Shown piece after piece: positions 39,692 to 50,048 of a DNA stretch of 64,000 bases (positions within the stretch are counted from its first letter, which is position 1; every line of letters starts with the position of its first letter). The notes under the pieces are model-generated. The model searched no databases, was not told where the DNA came from, and saw only the letters and a program-made list of their open reading frames with translations. The position numbers were made by a program, and so were the translations under genes. The stretch spans positions 224,001 to 288,000 of the forward strand of contig OZ219856.1 in NCBI GenBank assembly GCA_964291395.2, read 5' to 3'. The stretch comes from Alphaproteobacteria bacterium. GTDB lineage: Bacteria; Pseudomonadota; Alphaproteobacteria; UBA2966.

Positions 39692-40714
39692 TCAATGCGC
39701 CCGGTCGACGCAGAAATCGACGACGTCGAGCAAGGTCCGCTTGATCTCGCTTTCGGCGAAGATTCCGAGGGCGTCCCGGGCCATGGCGCCGTAATGCCGC
39801 GCGCGCTCGATGGTGTCGGTGAGGGCGTCGTGCGCCGCGAGATACGCCATCGCCCGTTCGAGGTCGGCGTCGGTCTGCTCGCCGTCCTCCAGAGTCCGCT
39901 TCCAGAAGGCGCGCTCCGTGTCGTTGCCGCGGCGGAAGGCAAGCACGATGGGGAGCGTGATCTTGCCCTCGCGGAAGTCGTCTCCCACGGCCTTGCCCAG
40001 CGTCGCCTCGTGGGCGGAATAGTCGAGCACGTCGTCCGTGAGCTGGAAGGCGATGCCGAGGTTGCGGCCGAAGGACTCGAGCGCCTCTTCCTCCGCCCGC
40101 GGCCGGTCGGCCACCACGGCGCCGACCCGCGCCGCGGCCGCGAAGAGGGCCGCGGTCTTGGCCGAGATCACCTCGAGGTACGCGTCCTCGGTGGTCGCCG
40201 TGTCGTTGGTGGTGAGCAGCTGCAGCACCTCTCCTTCGGCGATCACGGCGGACGCCGAGGCGAGGATGTCGAGCACCCGGAGCGAGCCGTCCTCGACCAT
40301 GAGCTGGAAGGCCCGGCTGAACAGGAAATCCCCTACCAGGACGCTGGCCTGGTTGCCCCACACGGCGTTGGCCGTGGCGTTGCCGCGGCGCAGGTCGCTC
40401 TCGTCGACCACGTCGTCGTGCAGAAGCGTCGCGGTGTGGATGAATTCGACGCAGGCCGCCAGCTTCACGTGGCGCAGGCCGGGGTAGCCGCACATGCGGG
40501 CACAGGCGAGCGTGATCAGCGGGCGGAGGCGTTTGCCGCCGGCGGCGATGATGTGGCCGGCAAGCTCGGGGATCAGCGGCACGCGGCTGTGCATGCGCGC
40601 GAGGATGACCTTGTTGACCTCGGCGAGATCCTCGCCCACAAGGGTCTTCAGATTGTCGAAGGCCCGCCGCGACGGCGGATCAGGCTGTTGCGCCAGAGAG
40701 ACGACTGTGGCCAC
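39692..40714 (-). CDS. ispB: Polyprenyl (octa/decaprenyl) diphosphate synthase
   Basis: GGKRLRP, HDDVVDESDLRRG, AFQLTDDVLDY. Confidence 0.93.
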   Translation of the reverse strand: MATVVSLAQQPDPPSRRAFDNLKTLVGEDLAEVNKVILARMHSRVPLIPELAGHIIAAGGKRLRPLITLACARMCGYPGLRHVKLAACVEFIHTATLLHDDVVDESDLRRGNATANAVWGNQASVLVGDFLFSRAFQLMVEDGSLRVLDILASASAVIAEGEVLQLLTTNDTATTEDAYLEVISAKTAALFAAAARVGAVVADRPRAEEEALESFGRNLGIAFQLTDDVLDYSAHEATLGKAVGDDFREGKITLPIVLAFRRGNDTERAFWKRTLEDGEQTDADLERAMAYLAAHDALTDTIERARHYGAMARDALGIFAESEIKRTLLDVVDFCVDRAH

Positions 40715-40791
40715 GACCGGCTCCGTGCTTGACCTTGTTCGGAAGCGCGGGCGAGCATAGTGACGCGCCTCTCCAACGGCAACCCGGCCCC

Positions 40792-41019
40792 ATGATCGAG
40801 CTGCTGCGAACCAACGACCCGGTGCTGATCTCGTGGCTGCGCGCCCTCCTGGCGGACGACGGGATCGAGGCCATCATTCTCGACTCCCACATGTCCGTGA
40901 TGGAAGGCAGCATCTCAGCCATCCCGCGCCGGGTCATGGTGCGCGACGAGCACGCCGCCCGCGCCCGCCGGCTGCTCGACGCCGCCGGCATAGACCATGA
41001 CCAATCGGGCATCGTCTGA
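40792..41019 (+). CDS. DUF2007 domain protein
   Basis: MIELLRTNDPVLIS...ILDSHMSVMEGSISAIPRRVMV; usual position divergent from ispB. Confidence 0.85.
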   Translation: MIELLRTNDPVLISWLRALLADDGIEAIILDSHMSVMEGSISAIPRRVMVRDEHAARARRLLDAAGIDHDQSGIV

Positions 41020-41764
41020 GCTCGCCGGCGGCGGGACCACGGAGGACGCGCTGCTCGGGGGGCAAATCCGCCTCCGCCAGCCGGCGGACGGCTATCGCGT
41101 GGCCGTCGATCCGGTCCTGCTCGCGTCGGCCGTTCCCGCGACGGCGGGCAAGACGGTCCTCGATGCCGGCGCTGGAACCGGCGCGGCGGCGCTGTGTCTC
41201 GCCCACAGGGTCGCCGCGTGCCGGGTAACGGGTCTCGAGATTCAGCCGGCCCTTGCGGCCCTGGCGGTCGAGAACGCCGTGCTGAACGGTTTGTCGGATG
41301 CCGTGGGGGTGCTCGAGGGCGACGTCTCGGCGCCGCCGCCCGGCATCGGGCCGGCCGGGTTCGATCACGTGATGACCAATCCGCCCTATCTCCGGGCGTC
41401 GGAGTCCCGGCTTCCGCCATCGACGATGAAGGCCATCGCGACCGTCGAGCGGGATGTCGACCTCGCGTCCTGGCTGCGTATCTGCGCGGGCGTGGTCAGG
41501 CCGCGGGGAACCGTCACGGTCATTCACCGGGCCGATCGTCTGGACGAGATCGTGCCGGTCCTGAGCGAGTCGTGCGGGGAGCTGGTCGTGTTCCCCCTCT
41601 GGCCCAAGAGGGGCGAGGACGCCCGGCGCATGATCGTGCGCGGCACGGTGGGTTCCGAGACACCGCTTCGGATCGCTGCCGGCCTCGTGCTCCATGAACG
41701 CCACGGCGCGTTTACGCGCGAAGCGGACGCCATCCTCCGCCACGGCGCCCCGCTGGAGCCCTAG
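40997..41764 (+). CDS. tRNA1(Val) A37 N6-methyltransferase-like SAM methyltransferase
   Basis: QPADGYRVAVDPVLL, DAGAGTG, NPPY. Confidence 0.85.
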   Translation: MTNRASSELAGGGTTEDALLGGQIRLRQPADGYRVAVDPVLLASAVPATAGKTVLDAGAGTGAAALCLAHRVAACRVTGLEIQPALAALAVENAVLNGLSDAVGVLEGDVSAPPPGIGPAGFDHVMTNPPYLRASESRLPPSTMKAIATVERDVDLASWLRICAGVVRPRGTVTVIHRADRLDEIVPVLSESCGELVVFPLWPKRGEDARRMIVRGTVGSETPLRIAAGLVLHERHGAFTREADAILRHGAPLEP

Positions 41765-41851
41765 TTCGAAAACCCGGTCGGTGCGGGAACGGTGCCGCGA
41801 GGCCCCGCGCGGATTTCCATCGCGCCGATATCGCACTACATTTGGACCGCA

Positions 41852-42742
41852 ATGACCGACACCCCGTTCGCATCGATGCCCAAGCGGTTGATCGGCCGCG
41901 CCATGCGGCGCGCGCCCGTGGTCGCCGTGCTGCGCCTCTCGGGCGTGATCTCCGCGCCGTCACGCATTCATTCCGGCCTCAATCTCGGCGCACTCGCCCC
42001 GCACATCGAGGCTGCGTTCCGCCAGCGGCGCCTGCGGGCCGTGGCCCTGGTGGTCAATTCGCCCGGCGGCGCGGCGGCCCAATCCAGCCTCATCGCCCGG
42101 CGGATACGGTCCCTCGCCGCGGAGAAGGAGGTTCCCGTCTTCGCCTTCGTCGAGGACGTCGCCGCATCGGGCGGCTACTGGCTCGCGTGCGCCGCCGACG
42201 AGATCTATGCCGACGAAAGCTCGATCGTGGGGTCGATCGGCGTGATCGCCTCCGGCTTCGGGTTCGTCGAGATGATGGCGAAGCTCGGCGTCGAACGGCG
42301 GCTGCACACTCAGGGCGACAAGAAGGCGCTGCTCGATCCCTTCATCCCGGAAGCCCCGGCGGACGTGCGGCGCCTGGCCGCGCTGCAGAAAGACATCTTC
42401 GAGTCCTTCAAGGACGTCGTGCGCGAACGCCGCGGCGGCAAGCTCACGCTCGGCGAACGCCAGGCCTTCTCGGGCGAGATCTGGACCGGGCGCAAGGCCC
42501 TCGAGCACGGACTGATCGACGGGATCGGCGATCTGCGCACGGTGATGCGCGAGCGTTATGGCGAGGACGTCCGTTTCAAGGTGCTGGGTCGGGAGCCGGG
42601 CCTGTTGAGCCGCGTCCTGCGCCGGCGTTTCGGCGGCACCGCCGTCGCGGCGCGCGGGTCGCCCCCGGTGCCCGGGAACTGGGCCGACCAGCTCATCTCG
42701 GCGCTGGAGGCGCGGGCGCTCTGGTCCCGCTTCGGTTTGTGA
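41852..42742 (+). CDS. S49 family peptidase (SppA/SohB-like)
   Basis: NSPGG, DVAASGGYW, GSIGV, FSGEIWTG. Confidence 0.92.
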   Translation: MTDTPFASMPKRLIGRAMRRAPVVAVLRLSGVISAPSRIHSGLNLGALAPHIEAAFRQRRLRAVALVVNSPGGAAAQSSLIARRIRSLAAEKEVPVFAFVEDVAASGGYWLACAADEIYADESSIVGSIGVIASGFGFVEMMAKLGVERRLHTQGDKKALLDPFIPEAPADVRRLAALQKDIFESFKDVVRERRGGKLTLGERQAFSGEIWTGRKALEHGLIDGIGDLRTVMRERYGEDVRFKVLGREPGLLSRVLRRRFGGTAVAARGSPPVPGNWADQLISALEARALWSRFGL

Positions 42743-42745
42743 TGT

Positions 42746-42845
42746 CCACCCCCTCCAGACCTCCCCTCGGTCAGAGGGGAGGAGAGCAAGGCCGATCCGC
42801 AAGGAGTCCCTTTCCCCGGCAAGGAGAGGGACGGGGCGAGGGTGG
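42746..42845. repeat. Palindromic intergenic element (CIR/REP-like)
   Basis: CCACCC...GGGTGG ends enclosing two hairpins, CTCCCCTC-N5-GAGGGGAG and TCCCTTTCC-N7-GGAGAGGGA. Confidence 0.65.
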
Positions 42846-42872
42846 AAGGCGATACTTGCAAGCGGAAATCCC

Positions 42873-43106
42873 ATGTTCGGCATAAGCCTCTCCAAAATCC
42901 TTCTCACCGCAGCCGTGATCTTCGCCGTCTGGTACGGCTTCAAGTACCTGGGACGCCTCGCCGGGCCGTCCTCGCGGTCCGGCGGCGACGGCGGATCCGC
43001 TGCCGCCGACACGGTCGAGGACCTGCGGAAGTGCGAGGTTTGCGGCGCCTTCGTGGCGCCCGGCGTGGCCCCGACCTGCGACCGTGGCGACTGCCTTCAC
43101 CGGTGA
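42873..43106 (+). CDS. Small membrane protein with C-terminal Cys cluster
   Basis: N-terminal TM helix; CEVC...CDRGDC. Confidence 0.75.
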   Translation: MFGISLSKILLTAAVIFAVWYGFKYLGRLAGPSSRSGGDGGSAAADTVEDLRKCEVCGAFVAPGVAPTCDRGDCLHR

Positions 43107-43127
43107 CGCCGGCGGTCGAGAGCTTCC

Positions 43128-43156
43128 TTGACCATGGCGGGGTCCACGGCTACCTT
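43128..43156 (+). promoter_or_regulatory. Likely sigma70 promoter of glyQS (TTGACC-17 nt-TACCTT)
   Basis: Consensus-like -35/-10 with 17-nt spacing, about 60 nt upstream of glyQ. Confidence 0.55.
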
Positions 43157-43217
43157 CCGCCGCGAGCCGGCACCCCCTGCTAAAGACCTGAATTCACGTC
43201 GATGAGGAAACCGTTCG

Positions 43218-44108
43218 ATGGCGGCTTCCAGCCCCCCCGCGCATTCCTTTCAGAACCTGATTCTCGAACTTCAGAGGTTCTGGGCGGACCAGGGGTGCGT
43301 GATCCTTCAGCCCTACGACATGGAGGTGGGCGCCGGCACGTTCCATCCCGCGACGACGTTGCGTTCCCTGGGGCCGGAGCCCTGGAAGGCGGCGTACGTG
43401 CAGCCCTCGCGGCGCCCCGCGGATGGCCGCTACGGTGAGAATCCGAACCGGGTGCAGCGCTTCTACCAGTATCAGGTAATCCTCAAGCCATCGCCCGACG
43501 ACATCCTGGACGTCTATCTGACGAGTCTCGCCCACATCGGCATCGACGCCGCCGACCACGACATCCGCTTCGTCGAGGACGACTGGGAGAGCCCGACCCT
43601 GGGCGCCTGGGGGCTCGGCTGGGAGGTCTGGTGCGACGGCATGGAGATCTCGCAGTTCACCTACTTTCAGCAGGTCGGTGGGTTCGACTGCGAGCCCGTC
43701 TCGGGCGAGATCACCTACGGGCTCGAGCGTCTGGCCATGTACATCCAGGGCATCGACAACATCTTCGATCTCGACTGGAACGGCGTCGAGGGCGAGGGGT
43801 GCTTTACGTACGGAGACGTCTACCGGCGCAGCGAGCGCGAGTTCTCCGCTTACAATTTCGAGCGCGCCGATACCGATATTCTGCTCCGGCAGTTCGTCGA
43901 CGCCGAGGCCGCCTGCGGACAGCTCGTGGAGGCCGGGCTGGCGCTGCCGGCATATGATCAGTGCATGAAGGCCTCGCATCTGTTCAATCTCCTGGATGCG
44001 CGCGGCGTCGTCAGCGTCACCGAGCGGGCCGCCTATATCGCCCGCGTGCGGGCGCTCGCCCGGGCGAGCTGCGAGCAATGGCTCGGCCAGGCGGCGGGGG
44101 AAGCGTGA
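43218..44108 (+). CDS. glyQ: Glycine-tRNA ligase alpha subunit
   Basis: [47 protein letters not shown]. Confidence 0.98.
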   Translation: MAASSPPAHSFQNLILELQRFWADQGCVILQPYDMEVGAGTFHPATTLRSLGPEPWKAAYVQPSRRPADGRYGENPNRVQRFYQYQVILKPSPDDILDVYLTSLAHIGIDAADHDIRFVEDDWESPTLGAWGLGWEVWCDGMEISQFTYFQQVGGFDCEPVSGEITYGLERLAMYIQGIDNIFDLDWNGVEGEGCFTYGDVYRRSEREFSAYNFERADTDILLRQFVDAEAACGQLVEAGLALPAYDQCMKASHLFNLLDARGVVSVTERAAYIARVRALARASCEQWLGQAAGEA

Positions 44109-44111
44109 ACC

Positions 44112-46187
44112 GTGCCGGAACTGCTGCTCGAGCTCCTGTCCGAAGAGATCCCGGCCCGCATGCAGGCGCGGGCCTCTGCGGATCTCAAGAAACTGGTCGA
44201 AGAGGCCCTCGACGAGGCGAACCTCCCGTTCGGGTCGATCGATACCTACGTCACGCCGCGCCGGTTGACGCTGGTCGCCGACGGCCTGTCCGCGCGGCAG
44301 CCGGACATTCGCGAGGAACGTAAGGGGCCTCGCGCCGATGCGCCGGAAAGGGCGATCACCGGGTTCCTGAACTCCGTAGGCCTCGGCCGCGATCAGATCG
44401 AGGAACGGGAGACCGGCAATGGCACCGTCCTGTTCGCCGTGATCGAGCGTACCGGACGGGACACCCCCGAGGCGCTCGCCGACATCCTGCCCGATTCGCT
44501 GAGGAGGCTGCCGTGGCCCAAATCCATGCGCTGGGGCAGCCGGTCTCTGCGCTGGGTCAGGCCGTTGCATGGAATCTTGTGCCTGTTCGATGGTGCCGTC
44601 GTCGGATTTGCGTTGGAAGACGTCGTTTCCGGGGATACGACCGTCGGGCATCGGTTCCTCTCGCCGCAGCCCTTCTTCGTCACGGGCTTCGCCGACTACG
44701 CGGACAAGCTGAGGCGGGCGCATGTCGTCCTCGACCCCGCGGAGCGGCGCCGGATGATCGCCGGGGGCGCCGAGAAGCTCGCCGCGGCCGAAGGCCTGAA
44801 GATCACGCCCGATGACGCGCTGCTCGACGAAGTGACGGGACTGGTCGAGTGGCCGGTGCCGCTGATCGGGCGGATCGACGCGGAATACATGGACCTGCCG
44901 TCCGAGGTGTTGACCGCGACGATGCGCGTGAACCAGAAATACTTCGCGCTGGAAGATGCCGGCGGAGCGATCGCGCCCCGCTTCGTCGTCATCGCCAATA
45001 CCGAGGCGGCCGACGGTGGCGGGGCCATCGTGGAGGGCAACGAGCGGGTGCTGCGGGCGCGCCTCTCGGACGCGAAGTTCTTCTGGGACCAGGATCGCGG
45101 ACGGACGCTGGCGAGCCGGGCGCCGGAGCTCGCCAAGATCATCTTCCATGCCAGGCTCGGCACGCTCGACGAGAAAGCCGATCGCATGCAGGCGCTCGCC
45201 ACCTCGATCTCCAGGCACGTTCCCGGTGCCGACATGGACCGGGTGCGCTCCGCGTCGCGGCTGGCCAAGGCCGATCTCGTCACCGGCATGGTCGGGGAGT
45301 TTCCCGAGCTGCAAGGCCTGATGGGACGACACTATGCTCTTAACGACGGCGAGAACGCCGAGGTCGCGGACGCCGTCGCCGAGCACTACGCGCCGCGGGG
45401 GCCGCGGGACCGCTGCCCGACGGCGCCGGTCAGCGTCGCCGTGGCCCTCGCCGACAAGATCGACACCCTGGTGGGTTTCTACGCCATCGGCGAGAAGCCG
45501 ACCGGCTCCAAGGATCCGTTCGCGCTGCGGCGCGCGGCCTTGGGCGTCATCCGCCTGATCCTGCAAAACTCGTTGAGCCTCAAGCTCCGCGGCGTATTCA
45601 TGAACGCTTACGAACTGTATGCGGAGTCGGCTGTCGCGGGTTCGCGCGCCGACGAGGTCGCGCGCGAGCTCATGGAATTCATCGCCGACCGTCTCAAGGT
45701 GCATCTGCGCGACCGGGGGATCCGTCACGACCGGATCACGGCCGTCTTCTCGTTGACGGGCGAGGATGACCTGTTGCGGTTCATGGCGCGAGTCGGCGCT
45801 CTCGACGAGTTCCTGGCTGGCGAGGACGGCGAGAACCTGCTGACGGCCTATCGGCGCGCCGCCAACATCGTGCGCATCGAGGAGAAGAACGACGGCGCGG
45901 CCTATCAGGGGCGGGCCGACGACGCATTGCTGCGCGAGCGGCAGGAACGAGAGCTGTTCGACGCCCTGGCGGCCTCGGAGAAGGAGATCGCGGAGCGTCT
46001 GGCGGCGGAGCAGTACGTCGATGCGATGTCGGCGCTCAGCCGGCTGCGACGCCCGGTGGACGCGTTCTTCGACGACGTCACCGTGAATTGCGGCGAGCCG
46101 GACCTTCGCCGCAATCGCTTGTTCCTGCTCTCCCAGATCGGCTCGGCTTTGGAGAGCGTCGCCGATTTTTCCAAGATCGAGGGATAA
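44112..46187 (+). CDS. glyS: Glycine-tRNA ligase beta subunit
   Basis: [52 protein letters not shown]. Confidence 0.97.
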   Translation: MPELLLELLSEEIPARMQARASADLKKLVEEALDEANLPFGSIDTYVTPRRLTLVADGLSARQPDIREERKGPRADAPERAITGFLNSVGLGRDQIEERETGNGTVLFAVIERTGRDTPEALADILPDSLRRLPWPKSMRWGSRSLRWVRPLHGILCLFDGAVVGFALEDVVSGDTTVGHRFLSPQPFFVTGFADYADKLRRAHVVLDPAERRRMIAGGAEKLAAAEGLKITPDDALLDEVTGLVEWPVPLIGRIDAEYMDLPSEVLTATMRVNQKYFALEDAGGAIAPRFVVIANTEAADGGGAIVEGNERVLRARLSDAKFFWDQDRGRTLASRAPELAKIIFHARLGTLDEKADRMQALATSISRHVPGADMDRVRSASRLAKADLVTGMVGEFPELQGLMGRHYALNDGENAEVADAVAEHYAPRGPRDRCPTAPVSVAVALADKIDTLVGFYAIGEKPTGSKDPFALRRAALGVIRLILQNSLSLKLRGVFMNAYELYAESAVAGSRADEVARELMEFIADRLKVHLRDRGIRHDRITAVFSLTGEDDLLRFMARVGALDEFLAGEDGENLLTAYRRAANIVRIEEKNDGAAYQGRADDALLRERQERELFDALAASEKEIAERLAAEQYVDAMSALSRLRRPVDAFFDDVTVNCGEPDLRRNRLFLLSQIGSALESVADFSKIEG

Positions 46188-46194
46188 ACGCGGC

Positions 46195-48858
46195 ATGGCG
46201 AATTGGGTCTACACATTCGGCGGCGGAAAGGCGGAGGGCCGCGCCGGCCTGCGTGATCTGCTGGGCGGTAAGGGGGCGAACCTCGCGGAGATGGCGAGTC
46301 TGGGGCTGCCCGTTCCGCCGGGCTTCACGATCACGACGGAGGTGTGCGCCACCTACTATGAGAACGACCGGCAATACCCCGAGGCGTTCGCCGCCGAGGT
46401 CGAAGACGGCATGCGTCACATCGAGTCGGTCGTGGGGTCCCGGTTCGGAGATCCTGGAGACCCGTTGCTCGTTTCCGTGCGCTCCGGCGGCCGTGCCTCC
46501 ATGCCCGGCATGATGGATACCGTGCTCAACCTCGGGCTGAACGACGAGACCGTCGACGGCATGGCGCGGAAGAGCGGTGACGAGCGCTTCGCCTTGGACT
46601 CCTACCGCCGGTTCATTCAGATGTACTCCGACGTCGTGCTGGGCGTCGACCACGGGGACTTCGAGGACCTGTTGGACGCCCACAAGGATCGCAAGGGATG
46701 TCTGCTCGATATCGACCTTGATGCGGACGACTGGCGTCAGGTCGTCCATGCCTTCAAGACGAAGGTCGAGGAACGTCTCGGGTCGCCCTTCCCGCAGGAC
46801 GTCCAGGAACAGCTCTGGGGCGCGGTCGGGGCGGTGTTCGGGTCGTGGATGAACCGCCGCGCCATCACCTATCGCCGTCTGCACCGCATTCCCGACGACT
46901 GGGGCACGGCCGTGAACGTGCAGGCCATGGTCTTCGGCAACATGGGGGACGACTGCGCCACCGGCGTGGCGTTCACCCGCGATCCTTCGACGGGCGCAAG
47001 GCGCTCCTACGGCGAATACCTGGTGAACGCGCAGGGTGAGGACGTCGTCGCGGGCATCCGGACGCCCCAGCACCTGACGATCGCGGCGCGCGAGGCCGAC
47101 GGGTCCAAGTTGCCGGCCATGGAAGAGACCCTGCCCGAGGTCTTCGAGCAGCTCACGGAGGTATTCCGGAAACTGGAGACCCACTACCGCGACATGCAGG
47201 ACATCGAGTTCACGGTGCAGCGCAACAAGCTCTGGATGCTGCAGACCCGGTCCGGCAAGCGGACGGCGCGGGCCGCCCTCAAGATCGCCGTCGACATGGC
47301 GGAGGAAGGCCTGATCACGCCCCGCGAAGCGCTGGCGCGGATCGACGCCGCGTCGCTTGACCAGTTGCTGCATCCGACTCTGGATCCCGATGCCGAGCGG
47401 GACGTGCTCGCCAAGGGTCTCCCGGCTTCGCCGGGCGCGGCGTCGGGTGCCGTCGTGTTCTCGTCCGACGACGCCGAGCATCTGGCGGCGGAGGGGGACA
47501 AAGTCATCCTCGTGCGCATGGAGACCAGCCCCGAGGACATCCACGGCATGCACGCCGCGCAGGGCATTCTGACGAGCCGGGGCGGCATGACCAGCCACGC
47601 CGCGGTCGTGGCCCGTGGCATGGGCCGGCCCTGCGTGTCGGGTGCCGGCGCGCTCCATATCGACGACGCCGGACAGTGCCTGACCGTTGGCGGCCGGACG
47701 GTCTCCAAGGGCGAAATTCTGACCATCGACGGGTCGACCGGCGAGGTCATGGTCGGCGAGGTCAAGATGATGCAGCCCGAACTGTCGGGGGACTTCGCCA
47801 AGGTGATGGCCTGGGCCGACGAGGTCCGGCGTCTCGAGGTCAGGACCAATGCGGAGACGCCGACCGACGCCCGGACGGCGCGTGATTTCGGCGCCGAAGG
47901 CATCGGACTCTGCCGGACCGAGCATATGTTCTTCGATGCCGACCGGATCGTCGCGGTCCGCGAGATGATCGTCGCCGACGATGAGGAGGGGCGGCGGGCG
48001 GCCCTCGACAAGATCCTGCCCATGCAGCGGGACGATTTCGCCGAGATCTTCCGAATCATGGCCGGACTACCGGTCACGGTACGCCTGTTGGATCCCCCGC
48101 TGCACGAGTTCCTGCCGCACACGGACGGGGAGATCGGCGACGTGGCGGCGGCAGCCGGCATGGACCCGGCCGTGCTGCGCCTCCGCGTCAATCAACTGCG
48201 GGAATCCAACCCCATGCTCGGTCACCGGGGATGCCGCCTGGGCATCACCTACCCCGAGATCTACGAGATGCAGGCGCGGGCGATCTTCGAGGCCGCGCTC
48301 GACGTGGGCGCCGAACTCGGCGTGACCGTCGAGCCCGAGGTCATGCTGCCGCTGATCGCGACGCGCAAGGAGTTCGACATGCTGCGCGCCAAGGTCGACC
48401 GCGTGGCGGACCAACTGGCGGTGGAGCGGGGCGAGCGTCCGGCCTACCTCGTCGGCACGATGATCGAGCTGCCGCGCGCGGCATTGCGGGCCGGCGAGAT
48501 CGCGGAGGGAGCCGAATTTTTCAGTTTCGGCACCAACGACCTGACTCAAACGACCTTCGGGATCAGCCGCGACGACGCGGCCGCGTTCCTCGACGACTAT
48601 ATCCGGCACGAGATCTTCGCCGGCGATCCCTTCGTCAGCCTGGATGTCGACGGCGTGGGCGAACTGGTCGAGATCGCCGCCGAACGGGGCCGCGAGTCGC
48701 GGTCCGATCTCAAGCTCGGAATCTGCGGCGAGCACGGCGGCGACCCGGCCTCGGTCGCGTTCTGCCATCGCATCGGCCTGGACTACGTATCGTGTTCCCC
48801 CTATCGGGTGCCCATCGCCCGCCTCGCCTCCGCCCAGGCCGCGTTGAGGGACGACTGA
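46195..48858 (+). CDS. ppdK: Pyruvate, phosphate dikinase
   Basis: LLGGKGANLAEM, GGMTSHAAVVARG, GLCRTEHMFF, FSFGTNDLTQ, GICGEHGGDP. Confidence 0.98.
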   Translation: MANWVYTFGGGKAEGRAGLRDLLGGKGANLAEMASLGLPVPPGFTITTEVCATYYENDRQYPEAFAAEVEDGMRHIESVVGSRFGDPGDPLLVSVRSGGRASMPGMMDTVLNLGLNDETVDGMARKSGDERFALDSYRRFIQMYSDVVLGVDHGDFEDLLDAHKDRKGCLLDIDLDADDWRQVVHAFKTKVEERLGSPFPQDVQEQLWGAVGAVFGSWMNRRAITYRRLHRIPDDWGTAVNVQAMVFGNMGDDCATGVAFTRDPSTGARRSYGEYLVNAQGEDVVAGIRTPQHLTIAAREADGSKLPAMEETLPEVFEQLTEVFRKLETHYRDMQDIEFTVQRNKLWMLQTRSGKRTARAALKIAVDMAEEGLITPREALARIDAASLDQLLHPTLDPDAERDVLAKGLPASPGAASGAVVFSSDDAEHLAAEGDKVILVRMETSPEDIHGMHAAQGILTSRGGMTSHAAVVARGMGRPCVSGAGALHIDDAGQCLTVGGRTVSKGEILTIDGSTGEVMVGEVKMMQPELSGDFAKVMAWADEVRRLEVRTNAETPTDARTARDFGAEGIGLCRTEHMFFDADRIVAVREMIVADDEEGRRAALDKILPMQRDDFAEIFRIMAGLPVTVRLLDPPLHEFLPHTDGEIGDVAAAAGMDPAVLRLRVNQLRESNPMLGHRGCRLGITYPEIYEMQARAIFEAALDVGAELGVTVEPEVMLPLIATRKEFDMLRAKVDRVADQLAVERGERPAYLVGTMIELPRAALRAGEIAEGAEFFSFGTNDLTQTTFGISRDDAAAFLDDYIRHEIFAGDPFVSLDVDGVGELVEIAAERGRESRSDLKLGICGEHGGDPASVAFCHRIGLDYVSCSPYRVPIARLASAQAALRDD

Positions 48859-48884
48859 CGATAACGCCGCGGTTGTGAGCGGTC

Positions 48885-49484
48885 GTGATGACACGGAGCA
48901 AACTCGACCGGCTGTTGGCCCAGATCCGGGCCTGCCGGATCTGCGAAGAGCATCTGCCGCTCGGTCCCCGCCCGGTGCTCAGGGCCCGGCGGTCGGCACG
49001 CGTGCTCATCGTGGGCCAGGCACCGGGAACCAAGGTTCACGAGAGCGGCATACCCTGGAACGATCGCTCGGGTGATCGTCTTCGCGATTGGCTCGCCATT
49101 GATCGCGAGACCTTCTACGACGAGCACCGGATCGCCATCGTGCCGATGGGTTTCTGCTATCCCGGGCGGGACGAGAACGGGGGCGACAGGCCGCCTCGTC
49201 CCGAGTGCGCGCCGGAATGGCACCCGAAGATTCTGCCCGTCCTCGACCGGGTGGAGTTGACCCTGCTGGTCGGCAGCTACGCCCAGGCGCATTACCTCGG
49301 CCGGCGCCGCGGCCGCACCGTGACCGCAACCGTCGGGCGCTGGCGTGAGTTCCTTCCCGAATACCTCCCGACGCCCCACCCGAGCTGGCGAACGACGGCC
49401 TGGGTGCGCAGGAATCCCTGGTTCGAGGCCGACCTCCTGCCGGAGCTCCGCGGCCGCGTCGCCGCCGCCCTGGCCTCGCGGTAG
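48885..49484 (+). CDS. Uracil-DNA glycosylase superfamily protein
   Basis: CRIC, IVGQAPG, WNDRSGDRLRDW, PMGFCYPG, PHPSWR. Confidence 0.9.
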   Translation: MMTRSKLDRLLAQIRACRICEEHLPLGPRPVLRARRSARVLIVGQAPGTKVHESGIPWNDRSGDRLRDWLAIDRETFYDEHRIAIVPMGFCYPGRDENGGDRPPRPECAPEWHPKILPVLDRVELTLLVGSYAQAHYLGRRRGRTVTATVGRWREFLPEYLPTPHPSWRTTAWVRRNPWFEADLLPELRGRVAAALASR

Positions 49485-49730
49485 ACGCATTCCTCGACGC
49501 CTTTCCCCTTGTCCGGATTTGTTCCCTCGCCAACAGGGGGAGGGTTCGGGCCTTCGCCGCGCCGAAGAGGCTCCCGCCTCGGCGCAGCCTCCGACGCCGC
49601 CGGCTCGTCCCCGGAGGCGGGTGGGGCGTGTCGTGTGTTCGCGTTGGTATTGGATCCCACGTCCGTCGACCCCTCGCGTTGAATCCAGATCGGGAGAAAC
49701 TGCCCCTCCGCAACTCCCAACTCACGACCG

Positions 49731-49863
49731 TTTCGGGGACATTCCAGATGCCTTCACCGTCGCGGGATCCTTGATCCTGACAGTCAGCGGACTGTTCGTG
49801 TACTTCCGGGGGCGCGTCCACGCCCGCCGATCCGCCGTCGTGAAAGTTTCGCCGGAACGCTGA
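49731..49863 (+). pseudogene. 3' remnant of a DMT/EamA transporter gene
   Basis: FGDIPDAFTVAGSLILTVSGLFVYFRGRV aligns with the C-terminus of the downstream DMT gene (FDALPDGPTIVGALIIVLSGLFLFYRERV). Confidence 0.75.
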
Positions 49864-49976
49864 CCACGGAGGCAGGGGGAGATGCTCGCGAGAGGCGAAA
49901 CTCCCGCCCATCGGAACATCGTTTCTCCGGATATCGCGTTCGAATCCTTCAGAGGCTCTGCGCGCCTCCGTGGTCA
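49861..49976. repeat. 116-bp element with 13-bp terminal inverted repeats
   Basis: TGACCACGGAGGC (49861-49873) and GCCTCCGTGGTCA (49964-49976). Confidence 0.7.
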
Positions 49977-50048
49977 ATCCGCCCCGATGGCGGTTTACTC
50001 CCGCCAGCGCCGCGTATATGAGCGGTGCCGCAATCAACGTCGGGGTCC

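Noticed and set aside
43194-46196. 1000-aa minus-strand ORF, and similar long antisense ORFs such as 21985-23763, 46078-47925 and 60217-62310
   Set aside because: Shadow ORFs opposite clear genes (glyQS, sulfatase, ppdK, dnaE2). Expected from high GC3 codon bias; no motifs.
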